Source of the DNA: a virus
Taxonomy: Duplodnaviria; Caudoviricetes
DNA length: 64,000 nucleotides
Reading direction: 5' to 3' (one strand)
Virus record (IMG/VR): IMGVR_UViG_2627853856_000004
Span: 37,277-101,276 of that record
Below, one piece after another: positions 18,793-28,062 of this stretch; within the stretch, counting starts at the first letter, position 1, and each line of letters begins with the position of its first letter. Both the position numbers and the translations under genes were made by a program. The notes below the pieces were generated by a model. It saw only the letters and a program-made list of their open reading frames with translations, was not told where the DNA came from and ran no database searches.

Positions 18793-18992
18793 GGCGACTT
18801 CGCCTGATCGAATGGGGGCCGACGAAAGGGGAACGCGTCGCCAGTGGCGAATGCGCCATCGCCGGCTGTCGCGCACCGACCGATGGAGTCGTTACGCCCT
18901 ATTGCCGCGTTCACAGGACCACCTTTGCCGGTTCGCCGTCGCCCTATCCATTCACGCCAGCCGGCCGCATGACGATCGGAGGGCGGCCATGA
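18789..18992 (+). CDS. small Cys-rich hypothetical protein
   Basis: ATGA coupling; CAIAGC...YCRVH. Confidence 0.45.
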   Translation: MRRLRLIEWGPTKGERVASGECAIAGCRAPTDGVVTPYCRVHRTTFAGSPSPYPFTPAGRMTIGGRP

Positions 18993-19459
18993 CCCCCGCG
19001 CCCGCCATGACGCAAGATGGCTTCCATCCGGCCTTTGCCGAACTGGCCGAGCATATGCTCCGCGAGCGCGAGCGAGCTTGGCCCGATATGGTCAAGGCCG
19101 GCAAGCTGCCTCAGGGCACGGCCAGCCACCGCCTGTTCGTCCTGCGCTCGATCGCCGAAATCTGGCGGTGCGCGGCCGACAATCTCAACCCGAAGCGGCA
19201 CTTCATGGGCGTCACCCGCGCCGAGGCGCTCGAAGAACTCGCGGTCGCGATCGACGCAGCCGAGACCCGCTGCCGCCACAAGCCAGAAGACGCCCAGCGC
19301 CAACTGCAGCGCGATCAGCTGATCGCCATGCGCTGGTGGCACGCCCGCTATCCCGCCGGCCGCACCTCCTACGCCATGAACATGCTTCTAATGGTCAAGC
19401 ACGAGGCCAACCAGCTCGCGCAGGCGGCCGCCACCCCCGAGCAAAGGAACGCCGCATGA
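18989..19459 (+). CDS. hypothetical protein (paralog of 24065-24502)
   Basis: RERAWPDMVKAGK...IAEIW...AMRWW. Confidence 0.65.
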   Translation: MTPAPAMTQDGFHPAFAELAEHMLRERERAWPDMVKAGKLPQGTASHRLFVLRSIAEIWRCAADNLNPKRHFMGVTRAEALEELAVAIDAAETRCRHKPEDAQRQLQRDQLIAMRWWHARYPAGRTSYAMNMLLMVKHEANQLAQAAATPEQRNAA

Positions 19460-19647
19460 GCGAACGTCCGTTCATCGCTTGGTATGGGCAAGGCCCGCTG
19501 CCTGCAACCGGTTCGACCGTGGTGGAGGTCCAGCTGCGAATCGGCACGGTCCACGCCGAGCGGGCTGACTTTATCATGTGGTACTGGTGCCGCCGCTCAA
19601 AGACATCGTTCGATGTCGTCGCTTATCGCTTGCCTGCGGCTGACTAA
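19456..19647 (+). CDS. hypothetical protein
   Basis: ATGA coupling; ends FDVVAYRL. Confidence 0.5.
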   Translation: MSERPFIAWYGQGPLPATGSTVVEVQLRIGTVHAERADFIMWYWCRRSKTSFDVVAYRLPAAD

Positions 19648-19651
19648 GGCC

Positions 19652-20017
19652 GTGGACCATGCCCCCGCTATAAAGCCCGCTGGCGGAAATAGCGCCCCTC
19701 CCAGCCGTAACCGGACCTGTGCGGAGTGCCTCGCGCCCTATGCTAGCCCGCAGCCGGGACAGCTATTCTGCTCCCCGGCGCACCGCTTGGCCTTTCAGGA
19801 TCGCATGCGCATCCGGGGCCGCCAGCTCGTCCCGCTCGAACTCGCGGTGATGGCAACGCGGCAAGGCCGCATCGGCGACAAGGATGCCGGCGTCCGTGCG
19901 GCGCGATCCGCCAACCGCCTCAAGCGCCAGTGGATCGTTGAGGATCGTGACGCCGGCCGGATGCCGATGGATCAATATATCCGCCGGCTGCTCAAGCATC
20001 ACGATCTGCCGATATGA
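19652..20017 (+). CDS. Zn-finger protein (paralog of 23313-23687)
   Basis: CAEC...LFCSPAHR.AFQ.RMRIRGRQL. Confidence 0.65.
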   Translation: MDHAPAIKPAGGNSAPPSRNRTCAECLAPYASPQPGQLFCSPAHRLAFQDRMRIRGRQLVPLELAVMATRQGRIGDKDAGVRAARSANRLKRQWIVEDRDAGRMPMDQYIRRLLKHHDLPI

Positions 20018-20226
20018 ACGCGCAGTCGGCCATGAAGGGCGCTCGCGCCTATCCCGGCAAGGTCGCGATCCGCCACGCGGTCGAGGCCGCGCGCGACCTC
20101 GGCCTTGACGTGGCCGGGATCGAAGTCACCCTAGACGGTACGATTCGCATACTCGAAGCCCGCGCCCAGCCGGCGATGAAATCAGAGTCGCTGTTCGATC
20201 AGCTCGAAGCCGAGGGAAAGATATGA
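20014..20226 (+). CDS. small integrase-associated (excisionase-like) protein
   Basis: IRHAVEAARDLGLDVAGIEV..DGTIRI, upstream of the integrase. Confidence 0.6.
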   Translation: MNAQSAMKGARAYPGKVAIRHAVEAARDLGLDVAGIEVTLDGTIRILEARAQPAMKSESLFDQLEAEGKI

Positions 20227-20414
20227 ACGATCCGGAACGGCAAACGCCCCCGATCGACTGGACCTATAACGCGAACGGCCACACTGGCATGATCCCGCAG
20301 GCGTCTGAAGAAGAGGCGATGGCGCTGATTGATGGCCGGCCAGCTGTGCTGGTCGGCTATTCGTTCGACTTCGACGCCAGGGCCATCAAGTACCGCGCGC
20401 TCTATCTCCCATGA
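20223..20414 (+). CDS. hypothetical protein
   Basis: ATGA overlaps on both sides. Confidence 0.5.
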   Translation: MNDPERQTPPIDWTYNANGHTGMIPQASEEEAMALIDGRPAVLVGYSFDFDARAIKYRALYLP

Positions 20415-21508
20415 TCGAAGGCGTCCACTATGTCCGCAGTGCCAAGCCCGGCAAGCCCGTGCGCTGGTACGTCTATGCGTGGCGCGGCGGCCCCGTCATC
20501 CTGAAGGCTGACGGCCCGACCAAGCCTAAGCTCGGCAGGGCTGAAGTCGCCGCCATCGCGGCAGCGCACGAAGATCAGAAAGCGGTCAAGGCCGACATGC
20601 TCGCCGGCGTCGCCCGCGCATGGCAACGCAGCCCCGAATGGCTGGGCCTTGCCAGTTCGACCCGCACCCTTTGGGGCGGCGAACTGGACCTGATCGAGGC
20701 CAAATGGGGCACGTTACCGATCGGCCTTTGGAACGATTACCGCATGGTCGCCAAGGTGATCGCATGGCGCGACAGCCGCGCCGCCACCCCGCGCGCCGCC
20801 GATCAGGGCGTCAAGGTTCTATCCGAGCTGCTGAAGTTCGCCAAGCTGCGCGCCATGATCAAGATCAACGTCGCCGCCGACGTGCCGGGCATCTATCGCG
20901 CCGCCGATCGCGCGGAGATCATCTGGACGCCTGAAGATCTGGAGAAGGCCGAGGCGGCCGCCATCGCGATCGAGCGGCCGCGCGCGCTGGATATCATCCG
21001 CCTCGCCTGTCTCACCGGTATGCGTCGCGCCGATCTCGCCGCCCTGACATGGGACGAGGTCTCGGATCATGCCATCATCCGCACGGCGCTGAAGCGCAGC
21101 CGGGGCCGCCGGCGGCGCGCAGTCATCCCGATGCACCCCGAACTCGCCAAGCTGCTCGCCGAACTGCGCAAGCTGCCCCGCGCCGAAGGCGTCAATCATG
21201 TGCTGGTCGGCGCGCGCGGACGCCCTTGGAAACCGGAAAGCATCACCGAAGCCGTCATCGCCATCACGAAGGCTGGCGGCATCGCCGAGCCGGCCGTGCC
21301 CGAACTAGACCAGCCGGAACGCCGCAAGCACTTGCACGACTGCCGGGGCACCTTCGTGACGCACCTGTGCCGGGCAGGGCTTACCGACGAAGAGATCGCC
21401 AACATCGCGGCATGGTCGGTCGAAAGCGTCAGCCGAATCCGTCGCACCTATGTTGACGACGCGGCCGTTGTGGTGGCATTGAGCGAACGGATCAGGCGGG
21501 CGTTGTAA
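20411..21508 (+). CDS. int: tyrosine recombinase/integrase
   Basis: TGMRRADL, LHDCRGT and AAWS...RTY catalytic motifs. Confidence 0.92.
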   Translation: MIEGVHYVRSAKPGKPVRWYVYAWRGGPVILKADGPTKPKLGRAEVAAIAAAHEDQKAVKADMLAGVARAWQRSPEWLGLASSTRTLWGGELDLIEAKWGTLPIGLWNDYRMVAKVIAWRDSRAATPRAADQGVKVLSELLKFAKLRAMIKINVAADVPGIYRAADRAEIIWTPEDLEKAEAAAIAIERPRALDIIRLACLTGMRRADLAALTWDEVSDHAIIRTALKRSRGRRRRAVIPMHPELAKLLAELRKLPRAEGVNHVLVGARGRPWKPESITEAVIAITKAGGIAEPAVPELDQPERRKHLHDCRGTFVTHLCRAGLTDEEIANIAAWSVESVSRIRRTYVDDAAVVVALSERIRRAL

Positions 21509-21524
21509 AACGCCCTGTAAAACG
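21504..21524 (+). repeat. putative integrase arm-type direct repeat
   Basis: TGTAAAACG at 21504 and 21516. Confidence 0.5.
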
Positions 21525-21557
21525 AGGTGGCGATATGGCTGCTAAGTGCTTGAATAT

Positions 21558-21631
21558 GCGGGCGTAGCATAGTGGTAATGCTCTAGCCTTCCAAGCTAGC
21601 TAGGAGGGTTCGATTCCCTTCGCCCGCTCCA
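21558..21631 (+). tRNA. tRNA-Gly(TCC)
   Basis: GCGGGCG/CGCCCGC acceptor stem, CTAGC-CTTCCAA-GCTAG anticodon arm, GGTTCGATT T-loop, TCCA end. Confidence 0.96.
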
Positions 21632-23213
21632 GCAATACAGTACCAGTGTCGATGTTGGGGCTTCCCGCAGCCAGGGCGAGGATGTTCGCCAAGCGGCCTG
21701 TGATCTCGATTTCCACGCCGCGCGGCCCCTCGGCTGGCTTCACCGTGATTCGTTCGATAAGGCTGCGCAGGACCGGCGCGGCTTCCTCCCGGTTGTCTGC
21801 ATCGCCGGTCAGGGTGCGGGCGAGGTCGTCCATCTGGCGGCGATAGTCGTCGATGATTGACGGGTGGAGCGCGACGACGTTGTGGGCCTCGATCTCTCGC
21901 ATGTCCTCGGCAAGGCGGTCGCGATCGGCGCGGGCCTTGCCCAGCGCGGCGCGGATTTCGGCGAAGTCGCTGCCGCCTTCGGCAACGGCGGCAACGAGGC
22001 GGTCGACTTTGCGCGATGCCTCGGCGTGGCGGCGCTCGATTTGTGCGCGATCGCGACGGGCGGCGGTCGCCGCCTCGGCGCTCGCCCGGTGGTATTCGGC
22101 GACGTAGATGCTGACCAGTTCGGGATCGAGCATCTGTTCCTGCAATCCGCCGATCACGCGGGCCTCAAGCCGATCGACGGTGATCATCCGGCTATTGGTG
22201 CAGCCGCCGCCGTCACGTTCACGGCTGCAGCCCATCTTGTGCGCGGTCACGACGCTGTAGCCGCCGCCGCAGATGCCGCAGACTACCAGCCCCGAGAGAA
22301 GCCGCTTGGGCCGGCGATGCAGAACGGGTTTCAGGGTGGCGACGCTTTCGAAGCGATGTGCGACGGCCCGCCATAGCGCCTCGTCGACGATGCGAAGGTG
22401 CGGCACCGGCTCGACAAGCCATTCGCTCTGCGGGTTCGCGCGGATCCGCACCTTGCGGCTCATGGGGTCTGTCACCTTGCTGGTGCGATTGTGGACCAGC
22501 TCGCCCCGATAGAGCCGGTTGATCAGCATCCCGTTGTGCCGGGTTCGATCGCCGTGAATGGTCGAGGCGCGCCATGTGCCGCCACTCGGTCCGGCTATGC
22601 CATCGGCGTTGAGGCGGAGCGCGATCGCGCGAGCGTTCGATCCGTCCGCATATTCGGTGAAGATCCGCCGGACGATCACCGCCTGATCGGGATCTATCTC
22701 GCGCAGGCCGCGAATCACCTCGCCGCGCTCGTCGAAGCGGTTGGCGCGGCGGTAGCCAAAGGCGAGGCCGGCGGGCGCGCGTCCCTGCGCGACCACGCCG
22801 CGCTGGGCGCGCTTGATGTTGAACGCCAGATCCTTGCGCTGCTGCGCGTCGAGGAAGCCTTTGACCCAGCCCTTGATGTCGTCGATCTCGCCGTCGGCGA
22901 GCGTGAACAGCCGGACCTTGGCGCAAGTGAGCTGCTCGCGGATCGAATAGGCGTCGCCCTGGTGCCGCGCTATGCGGCTGGTCGACTCGGCCAGAACCTG
23001 ATCGATGCCGCCGGCGGTGGCGCGCGCCAACATGGCGTTGAGGCCGGGCCGTTGGCTGATGCCGGCCGCGCCGCTGATCGCATAGTCCGTATAGACGTCA
23101 ACGATCTCCCAGCCTTCCGCATGCGCGCGCTCACGGCAAATGCGGATCTGGTCCTCAATCGACCGGGCGTTTTGAAGGTCGCTGCTAAAGCGGGCGTAAA
23201 TCAGGGTGCGCAT
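21600..23213 (-). CDS. large serine recombinase (integrase)
   Basis: IYARFSSDLQ...SRIAR; recombinase domain; LLSGLVVCGICG Zn ribbon; coiled coil. Confidence 0.93.
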   Translation of the reverse strand: MRTLIYARFSSDLQNARSIEDQIRICRERAHAEGWEIVDVYTDYAISGAAGISQRPGLNAMLARATAGGIDQVLAESTSRIARHQGDAYSIREQLTCAKVRLFTLADGEIDDIKGWVKGFLDAQQRKDLAFNIKRAQRGVVAQGRAPAGLAFGYRRANRFDERGEVIRGLREIDPDQAVIVRRIFTEYADGSNARAIALRLNADGIAGPSGGTWRASTIHGDRTRHNGMLINRLYRGELVHNRTSKVTDPMSRKVRIRANPQSEWLVEPVPHLRIVDEALWRAVAHRFESVATLKPVLHRRPKRLLSGLVVCGICGGGYSVVTAHKMGCSRERDGGGCTNSRMITVDRLEARVIGGLQEQMLDPELVSIYVAEYHRASAEAATAARRDRAQIERRHAEASRKVDRLVAAVAEGGSDFAEIRAALGKARADRDRLAEDMREIEAHNVVALHPSIIDDYRRQMDDLARTLTGDADNREEAAPVLRSLIERITVKPAEGPRGVEIEITGRLANILALAAGSPNIDTGTVLLERAKGIEPS

Positions 23214-23316
23214 GCGAATCGGCTTTCTCGGTTCGCGCGCGAGCGTCGCGGCGCGCGGCGGCGCGCGCAAGCGCCTTGGCAAGTTCGACCAGAGCGGGAT
23301 CGGGCTTGCGGCTCAT
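23185..23316 (-). CDS. small protein upstream of the recombinase (possible directionality factor)
   Basis: MSRKPDPALVELAKALARAAARRD; ATGA coupling. Confidence 0.45.
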   Translation of the reverse strand: MSRKPDPALVELAKALARAAARRDARARTEKADSHAHPDLRPL

Positions 23317-23687
23317 AGCGGCAGATCGAAATGCTTGGCGTAGCGGGTGACATAGTCGACCATCGACATCCGGCGCGCGGCCTTGTCCTCGGCCGCCCAC
23401 CGGGCGATCAGGCGCTGATAGACCGCGCGCGCCGCCTTGCCCGTCTCGCGGGCGGCGGCGTCGCCGGCAGTGCCGCTGCGGGTCATCCGGTCGGCCATGG
23501 CGTAGGGGAGCAGCTGACGGCCCCGGATCCGCATGCGCTGCTGAAAGGCCCTGCGGTGCGCGGTGGAGCAAAACAGCTTTCCCCGCTGTACGCCGGTCAG
23601 GGGCGCAGGGCATTCGGCGCAGCGGCAAGGATTGCCGACGACGGGCTGTGCGACGCTATGGGGCGTTTCGGGGGAGGCGTGGGCCAC
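23313..23687 (-). CDS. Zn-finger protein
   Basis: CAEC...LFCSTAHRRAFQQRMRIRGRQL. Confidence 0.65.
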   Translation of the reverse strand: MAHASPETPHSVAQPVVGNPCRCAECPAPLTGVQRGKLFCSTAHRRAFQQRMRIRGRQLLPYAMADRMTRSGTAGDAAARETGKAARAVYQRLIARWAAEDKAARRMSMVDYVTRYAKHFDLPL

Positions 23688-23690
23688 GGC

Positions 23691-24068
23691 TCAAGGTTTC
23701 GACTGATCGCCGGTAACATCGGGCTCGTCGAGCGCCATGATCAGGTCGGCAATCTCGCCGGCTTGATAGGCTGGAAGTTTGCCGTGCTCGATCAGGATCT
23801 TGGCGACGTTATCCCGGTTCCGATCTTGGCGTATCATCCATTCGGCCATGTCAGCGTAGTCGGTGTTGTCCCAGACCGCGCCTATTCCGCCGCATTCGCT
23901 ACAGCCACCGCCAAGGACACACCGCAGGACGGCACTGTGCGGATATGAGCCGACGGGATAGCCGTCTTCCGTCTCGTAGCACCCCGAGCATGGACTCCAG
24001 AAGCCATCGCCGTTGATCTCGACCAGCTCGCGCACGTGCTCGCCGATGGTGAGCAACGGGTCGGTCAT
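23691..24068 (-). CDS. Cys-motif hypothetical protein
   Basis: CSGC...CSECGG. Confidence 0.55.
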   Translation of the reverse strand: MTDPLLTIGEHVRELVEINGDGFWSPCSGCYETEDGYPVGSYPHSAVLRCVLGGGCSECGGIGAVWDNTDYADMAEWMIRQDRNRDNVAKILIEHGKLPAYQAGEIADLIMALDEPDVTGDQSKP

Positions 24069-24502
24069 GCTGCCTCCTGACGGCGCGGGGTGCCGCGCAT
24101 CTTGTGGGTGAGTTCGACCATCGTGAGCGGTCCGCGAGGGTGGCGGCGGAGCCACCACATCATCGCGAACAGGCAATCACGCCGATCGGCCAGCATCGGA
24201 TTGAGCGGACTTTTCGCTGCCAGTGCGTGCGCCCCGGCATAAGCCGCCGCGAGCGCGCCGTGCATGTCGACATCGTCGACGGCGATCGGCTGATCGGGCA
24301 AGGTGCAGTCCGCGGCATGACGCCAGAGGCGGGCGATCTCCGACATGATAAGGATCCCGCGATCGGCATCCTCCTGCGTCATCTTGCCCTCGCCGACACG
24401 GGCCGGATAGTTGGAGATGCGCTGGTCGCGCATCCAAGCGGCATAGGCCGCAAGGTCCGGATGGCAGTGAAGCGCGAAGCGGGGCGGCGGCTCACCGATC
24501 AT
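24065..24502 (-). CDS. hypothetical protein
   Basis: YPARVGEGKMTQEDADR; paralog of 18989-19459. Confidence 0.65.
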   Translation of the reverse strand: MIGEPPPRFALHCHPDLAAYAAWMRDQRISNYPARVGEGKMTQEDADRGILIMSEIARLWRHAADCTLPDQPIAVDDVDMHGALAAAYAGAHALAAKSPLNPMLADRRDCLFAMMWWLRRHPRGPLTMVELTHKMRGTPRRQEAA

Positions 24503-24617
24503 AGCAGGCCGCGCATCCAGGCGATCGCGACGCCGAAGCCCATGTAGAGGACGAGCGCGCCCGCCGCCGCGACGGTGATCATCCAGCCTTCGGGCTCGGG
24601 CTGCGGCTCGATGCGCA

Positions 24618-24974
24618 TCAGTTGAAGGCCCCGAGCTGCCGCGCGGGGATCAGGTAGCGCGGCCAGCACATTTCATAGCGTTTGACCGCGCCCACCTGAC
24701 ACAGCAGCTCGCGCGGCTCGCGATCGCATCGCTTGGCAAGATCGGCGCCGAACGCCTGCTCGTCCTGGATCTGGTCGGCGGCGACGCCGGTCAGGCCGCA
24801 GAACTCGCGATAGTCCGAATAAAGGATCGTCAACGGGGTCCAGCCCGTGATCTTCTTCGGCAGTTCGGTGCGCTGCTTGAACCAGCTATCGATGGTGAGA
24901 TTTACGCGCTTATCGATCTTGGCGCGGGTGCGGCGGCGAGCGGGTGTCGCGGCCGGGAGAGATGGGCTGTGCAT
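24618..24974 (-). CDS. stand-alone D5-helicase C-terminal winged-helix-like protein
   Basis: IDSWFKQRT...WTP...LYSDYREFC...AFG.DL. Confidence 0.55.
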   Translation of the reverse strand: MHSPSLPAATPARRRTRAKIDKRVNLTIDSWFKQRTELPKKITGWTPLTILYSDYREFCGLTGVAADQIQDEQAFGADLAKRCDREPRELLCQVGAVKRYEMCWPRYLIPARQLGAFN

Positions 24975-25007
24975 CGGTGCCTCCGTCTGTTGAACGGGGC
25001 ACCATCT

Positions 25008-25043
25008 ACAAATCTTTTGTTATATTGGCAACAAAAGTTTTGT
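25008..25043. promoter_or_regulatory. prophage 2 leftward operators
   Basis: ACAAATCTTTTGT and ACAAAAGTTTTGT. Confidence 0.7.
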
Positions 25044-25045
25044 TA

Positions 25046-25456
25046 TCAGTCGTCGGGGTATGTCTCGTCGGGCCAAAAATCCACGTCCTCTATGGGATCT
25101 GCGGCGACGTCCCGCTCTGGCAGCACAGGTTCCGAGCCGTCGAAAGTCGCGCGAATTATCGCGCCTTGGGGCGCGGCTGATTGGAAGATTGCCAAGACGT
25201 CTAGCCCGGCGCGAATCTTTGACCCGACCAAGGCGCAGCGGTCAGCCGTTAGATAGCCGATTTGTATTCCGCGAGCCGACATCACCATGATGGCGCGGGG
25301 GTCGACAGGGTTGTCGGGTTCAGGCGCTAGAATAACGCGCTCGCCGGGCTTGCAGGTTGCGATCTCGAATCGGCGTGGGATTGCCCCCCGCAGTCGTGGT
25401 TTGCGGTTAGGGTAGTCCGCGCCAACGACGACCAGAGATAGCGTCGTTATAGGCAT
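25046..25456 (-). CDS. HIRAN domain protein
   Basis: VVGADY...LAPEPDNPVDPRAI...QIGYL. Confidence 0.85.
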   Translation of the reverse strand: MPITTLSLVVVGADYPNRKPRLRGAIPRRFEIATCKPGERVILAPEPDNPVDPRAIMVMSARGIQIGYLTADRCALVGSKIRAGLDVLAIFQSAAPQGAIIRATFDGSEPVLPERDVAADPIEDVDFWPDETYPDD

Positions 25457-25462
25457 CTCGGG

Positions 25463-25987
25463 TTAGTTGCCTAACACCACGCGCCGGGTCTGGCCGCCTT
25501 TGACGCTTACTTTCGCCATGAGCGCGCCGCCTTGTGTTTGCGCTACATATCGCCCTGGAACCGTCCAAGTGACTATGGAGATAACGTAGTAGCTGCCGTC
25601 CGGAACGCCATCGAACTGAAAGTATCCTTGGCCATCGCATCGCGTCGTTCGAGTCGAACGTATGTAGCCGACCGGCGGTTCTTCAAGTCGCGGATAAGAG
25701 TGGACGTCACGGTAGCCCTGCTGATCGACGCCGTAGATCCTCGATATCCGTTCGTCCGCATAGGCAGATTGCGGGACGAGCGTGACTTCAAGGGCGGCGC
25801 ATGTGCGCGGCTCTCCTCCGCGGGTACGCAATAGGGCTGTGCCGGTTACGGTGTTCCTGCCGTCAACCGCGGCCCACGCGACGTCGGAGTCCGCCCAGGC
25901 TGGCCAACTTACCGTCGGTTGATCCTGCGCACTCGCTTCTGCCGAATGCAGCAGAAGCGCCGCGGCGGCAGCCCATAGTAATTTCAT
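25463..25987 (-). CDS. exported protein co-transcribed with CI
   Basis: Signal peptide MKLLWAAAAALLLHSAEA; CDGQGYFQFDGVPDGSYYV. Confidence 0.7.
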   Translation of the reverse strand: MKLLWAAAAALLLHSAEASAQDQPTVSWPAWADSDVAWAAVDGRNTVTGTALLRTRGGEPRTCAALEVTLVPQSAYADERISRIYGVDQQGYRDVHSYPRLEEPPVGYIRSTRTTRCDGQGYFQFDGVPDGSYYVISIVTWTVPGRYVAQTQGGALMAKVSVKGGQTRRVVLGN

Positions 25988-25995
25988 ACCCCCTC

Positions 25996-26679
25996 CTAGA
26001 GCCGACGGCCAAGCCAAACGACGCGACCGAGTAGATAGATATCCTCGGCACTCACCTCTTGATTCTCCACGTCTTTGTTATCCGAAATAACCAGGACCTT
26101 GTCAGGCCCGATTGCCCGTAAGCGCTTGATCGCGCCAGCACCGTAGAGGCTGATCGCCCAAATCCGATCCTGCATATTTAATGTGCGCTGCATGGTGTCG
26201 ACGATGACGAGGTCGTTATCGAGCATCGTCGGAAACATGCTGTCGCCCGCGCCGCTCGCGACGAACACTCTGTCGGCGGGCGATCGGGTAATGCGACTGA
26301 GCAGGCTTGCATCAAAATCAAGCGTGCCTTCCTCGACATAGTCGTCGATGTTGGCACCCGGCCCCATCGAATAGCTGAGATCGACTTGGCGGAGTGCGAC
26401 CGAATTCTCCGCTGTTGCTGAGACCGTTAGCTCGCGGGCAGAGGGTTTTGGCGCATCTTGCTCGAAGGCCATCGCCACATAGCGCAACCAATGCGGGATC
26501 CTCTTGGCTCCCGGTTGCTCAAATCCGGATATCAACTGCTGCGACAGTTTGAGGTGGCTCCCGTCAGCTATGGCAAACGCCTTTGCACGCTCAGCCAAAG
26601 TGCCGGTCGACCATCCACGCGCCTCGCGATTAGAGCGGATCCAAGCGCTAGCTTCGCGCGGGTCGGTCGGAACATCCAT
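25996..26679 (-). CDS. CI-like repressor (HTH plus S24 peptidase)
   Basis: SMGPG...GDSMFPT...IKRL...ISDN...LGRVVW. Confidence 0.9.
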   Translation of the reverse strand: MDVPTDPREASAWIRSNREARGWSTGTLAERAKAFAIADGSHLKLSQQLISGFEQPGAKRIPHWLRYVAMAFEQDAPKPSARELTVSATAENSVALRQVDLSYSMGPGANIDDYVEEGTLDFDASLLSRITRSPADRVFVASGAGDSMFPTMLDNDLVIVDTMQRTLNMQDRIWAISLYGAGAIKRLRAIGPDKVLVISDNKDVENQEVSAEDIYLLGRVVWLGRRL

Positions 26680-26690
26680 CCGACAGCGCT

Positions 26691-26752
26691 ACAAAAATAG
26701 TTGTAGATGCGCGCCTACAAAACTTCTGTTGCAATGATGACAAAAGTTTTGT
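26691..26752. promoter_or_regulatory. prophage 2 operators between CI and Cro
   Basis: ACAAAAATAGTTGT, ACAAAACTTCTGT and ACAAAAGTTTTGT (the last identical to 25031-25043). Confidence 0.75.
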
Positions 26753-26764
26753 AGCGGTCGGCGG

Positions 26765-27019
26765 ATGGAACAGGAAAGCCTCGCCAAAGCTCTACGCGAC
26801 GCGGTTGAGCAGGCCGGAAACAACCAGTCAGCCTTCGCCCGAGCGATCGGCATGTCGCAGCAGCGCGTCTCGTACCTTCTCGATAACGGCAAGGCACTGC
26901 CGGCTGAGTTCGTCTTGCGTGCGGAGGATGCCGGGTTCGGCTCGCGGCACCACCTGCGGCCAGATCTGTACGCACGGCCTTGTCCCGTTTGCTCGGGTGG
27001 CGAGGCGGCTGCGACGTGA
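26765..27019 (+). CDS. Cro/YdaS-like regulator
   Basis: NQSAFARAIGMSQQRVSY...RHHLRPDLY. Confidence 0.85.
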   Translation: MEQESLAKALRDAVEQAGNNQSAFARAIGMSQQRVSYLLDNGKALPAEFVLRAEDAGFGSRHHLRPDLYARPCPVCSGGEAAAT

Positions 27020-27193
27020 CGCGCTTGGGGGGATCCGACATCGTCGGCGTTCGCGGCAATCGGGCGGACGGGCGGCGGTGCAGGCAGGATGATGCCTGCG
27101 ATGGTCCAATTCATTCTCATGGCGTGACGACCTCTGCCGAAACGATCGGCGGAACAAGCGGCAGGACGGGCAAATTTGCCGGGGCGGCGCGCC

Positions 27194-27697
27194 ATGACTG
27201 ACGTGCTGCCGCCTGAAAAACAGGAATTGAAGGTCACGTTCCGGGCGCTGGTGCGCGCCGTCGGCGGTCAGGAGGCCTGTCCCGGCGTGGCGCGCTACAG
27301 CCGGCACCAGACCTATTCCGAGTTCGCATCGATCGAGCATGTCGAGAAGTTCGCTCCGATCGACGTCATCGCGGATCTGGAAGCCGTCACGCACGGCCTG
27401 CCCGGTCATCCCCATGTCACGCGCAAGCTGTGCAGGATGGCGGGCGGGGCGTTCGTGAAGCTGCCGCCGGCGGAGATCACCGCCGTCGACTGGCACAAGG
27501 CGCTCGCCGCGCTGATCGAGGAGAGCCGCGACGTCTCAATGCGGCTGCTCGCCGCGCTGGGCGATGCGGCGACGCCGGGCATCGTGACGGCCAGCGAAAT
27601 CGAGGCAAGCAAGATGATCGAGGAGACCGACGCGTTGATCAGCGTCGGCGTGAACCTCCGCGAAATGCTCAAGCGTGTCGTGGCGGGGGATAGCTGA
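27194..27697 (+). CDS. CII-like regulator
   Basis: LVRAVGG...FAPIDVIADLE...PHVTR; paralog of 15779-16273. Confidence 0.65.
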   Translation: MTDVLPPEKQELKVTFRALVRAVGGQEACPGVARYSRHQTYSEFASIEHVEKFAPIDVIADLEAVTHGLPGHPHVTRKLCRMAGGAFVKLPPAEITAVDWHKALAALIEESRDVSMRLLAALGDAATPGIVTASEIEASKMIEETDALISVGVNLREMLKRVVAGDS

Positions 27698-27699
27698 CC

Positions 27700-28062
27700 A
27701 TGTTGGGGGGCAGTCTTCTCCAGCGGCTGGACCGGATTTTCCGTGATCGCATCGCCCATGTGCCGGCTCACGCCACCGCCCCCGTCGGTGGCTCGCTGAC
27801 CGGCGCGGAGGCGGTGCGCCAGGGCGACGGCGCGGCGGGCCTGCTCCCCCACGCCGTGCTGTCGCCCGTTCCAACGATCGCCGGCGTGCCGCTGGGGGAA
27901 GCGCACCGCGGGCCGCTGTGGCGGGCGGTTCGCTGGGGCGGTCAGCAGACGTTGCTGGTCGGCCCCGGCGTCACGCTCACGCTCTGCCCGTCGGGGGTGG
28001 GCGCCATTCAGGCCGCTTTATCGGCCGTCGATCCGAAACGCAGCGAAGGGGGACAGTCATGA
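27700..28062 (+). CDS. hypothetical protein
   Basis: Operon position. Confidence 0.45.
   Translation: MLGGSLLQRLDRIFRDRIAHVPAHATAPVGGSLTGAEAVRQGDGAAGLLPHAVLSPVPTIAGVPLGEAHRGPLWRAVRWGGQQTLLVGPGVTLTLCPSGVGAIQAALSAVDPKRSEGGQS

Larger units (their letters stand above)
8590..21557. mobile_element. Prophage 1 (early region and integrase), interrupted by the Mu-like element
   Basis: prim-pol, SSB, MTase, DUF5131, CII/Cro/CI and a tyrosine integrase next to a tRNA. Confidence 0.85.
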
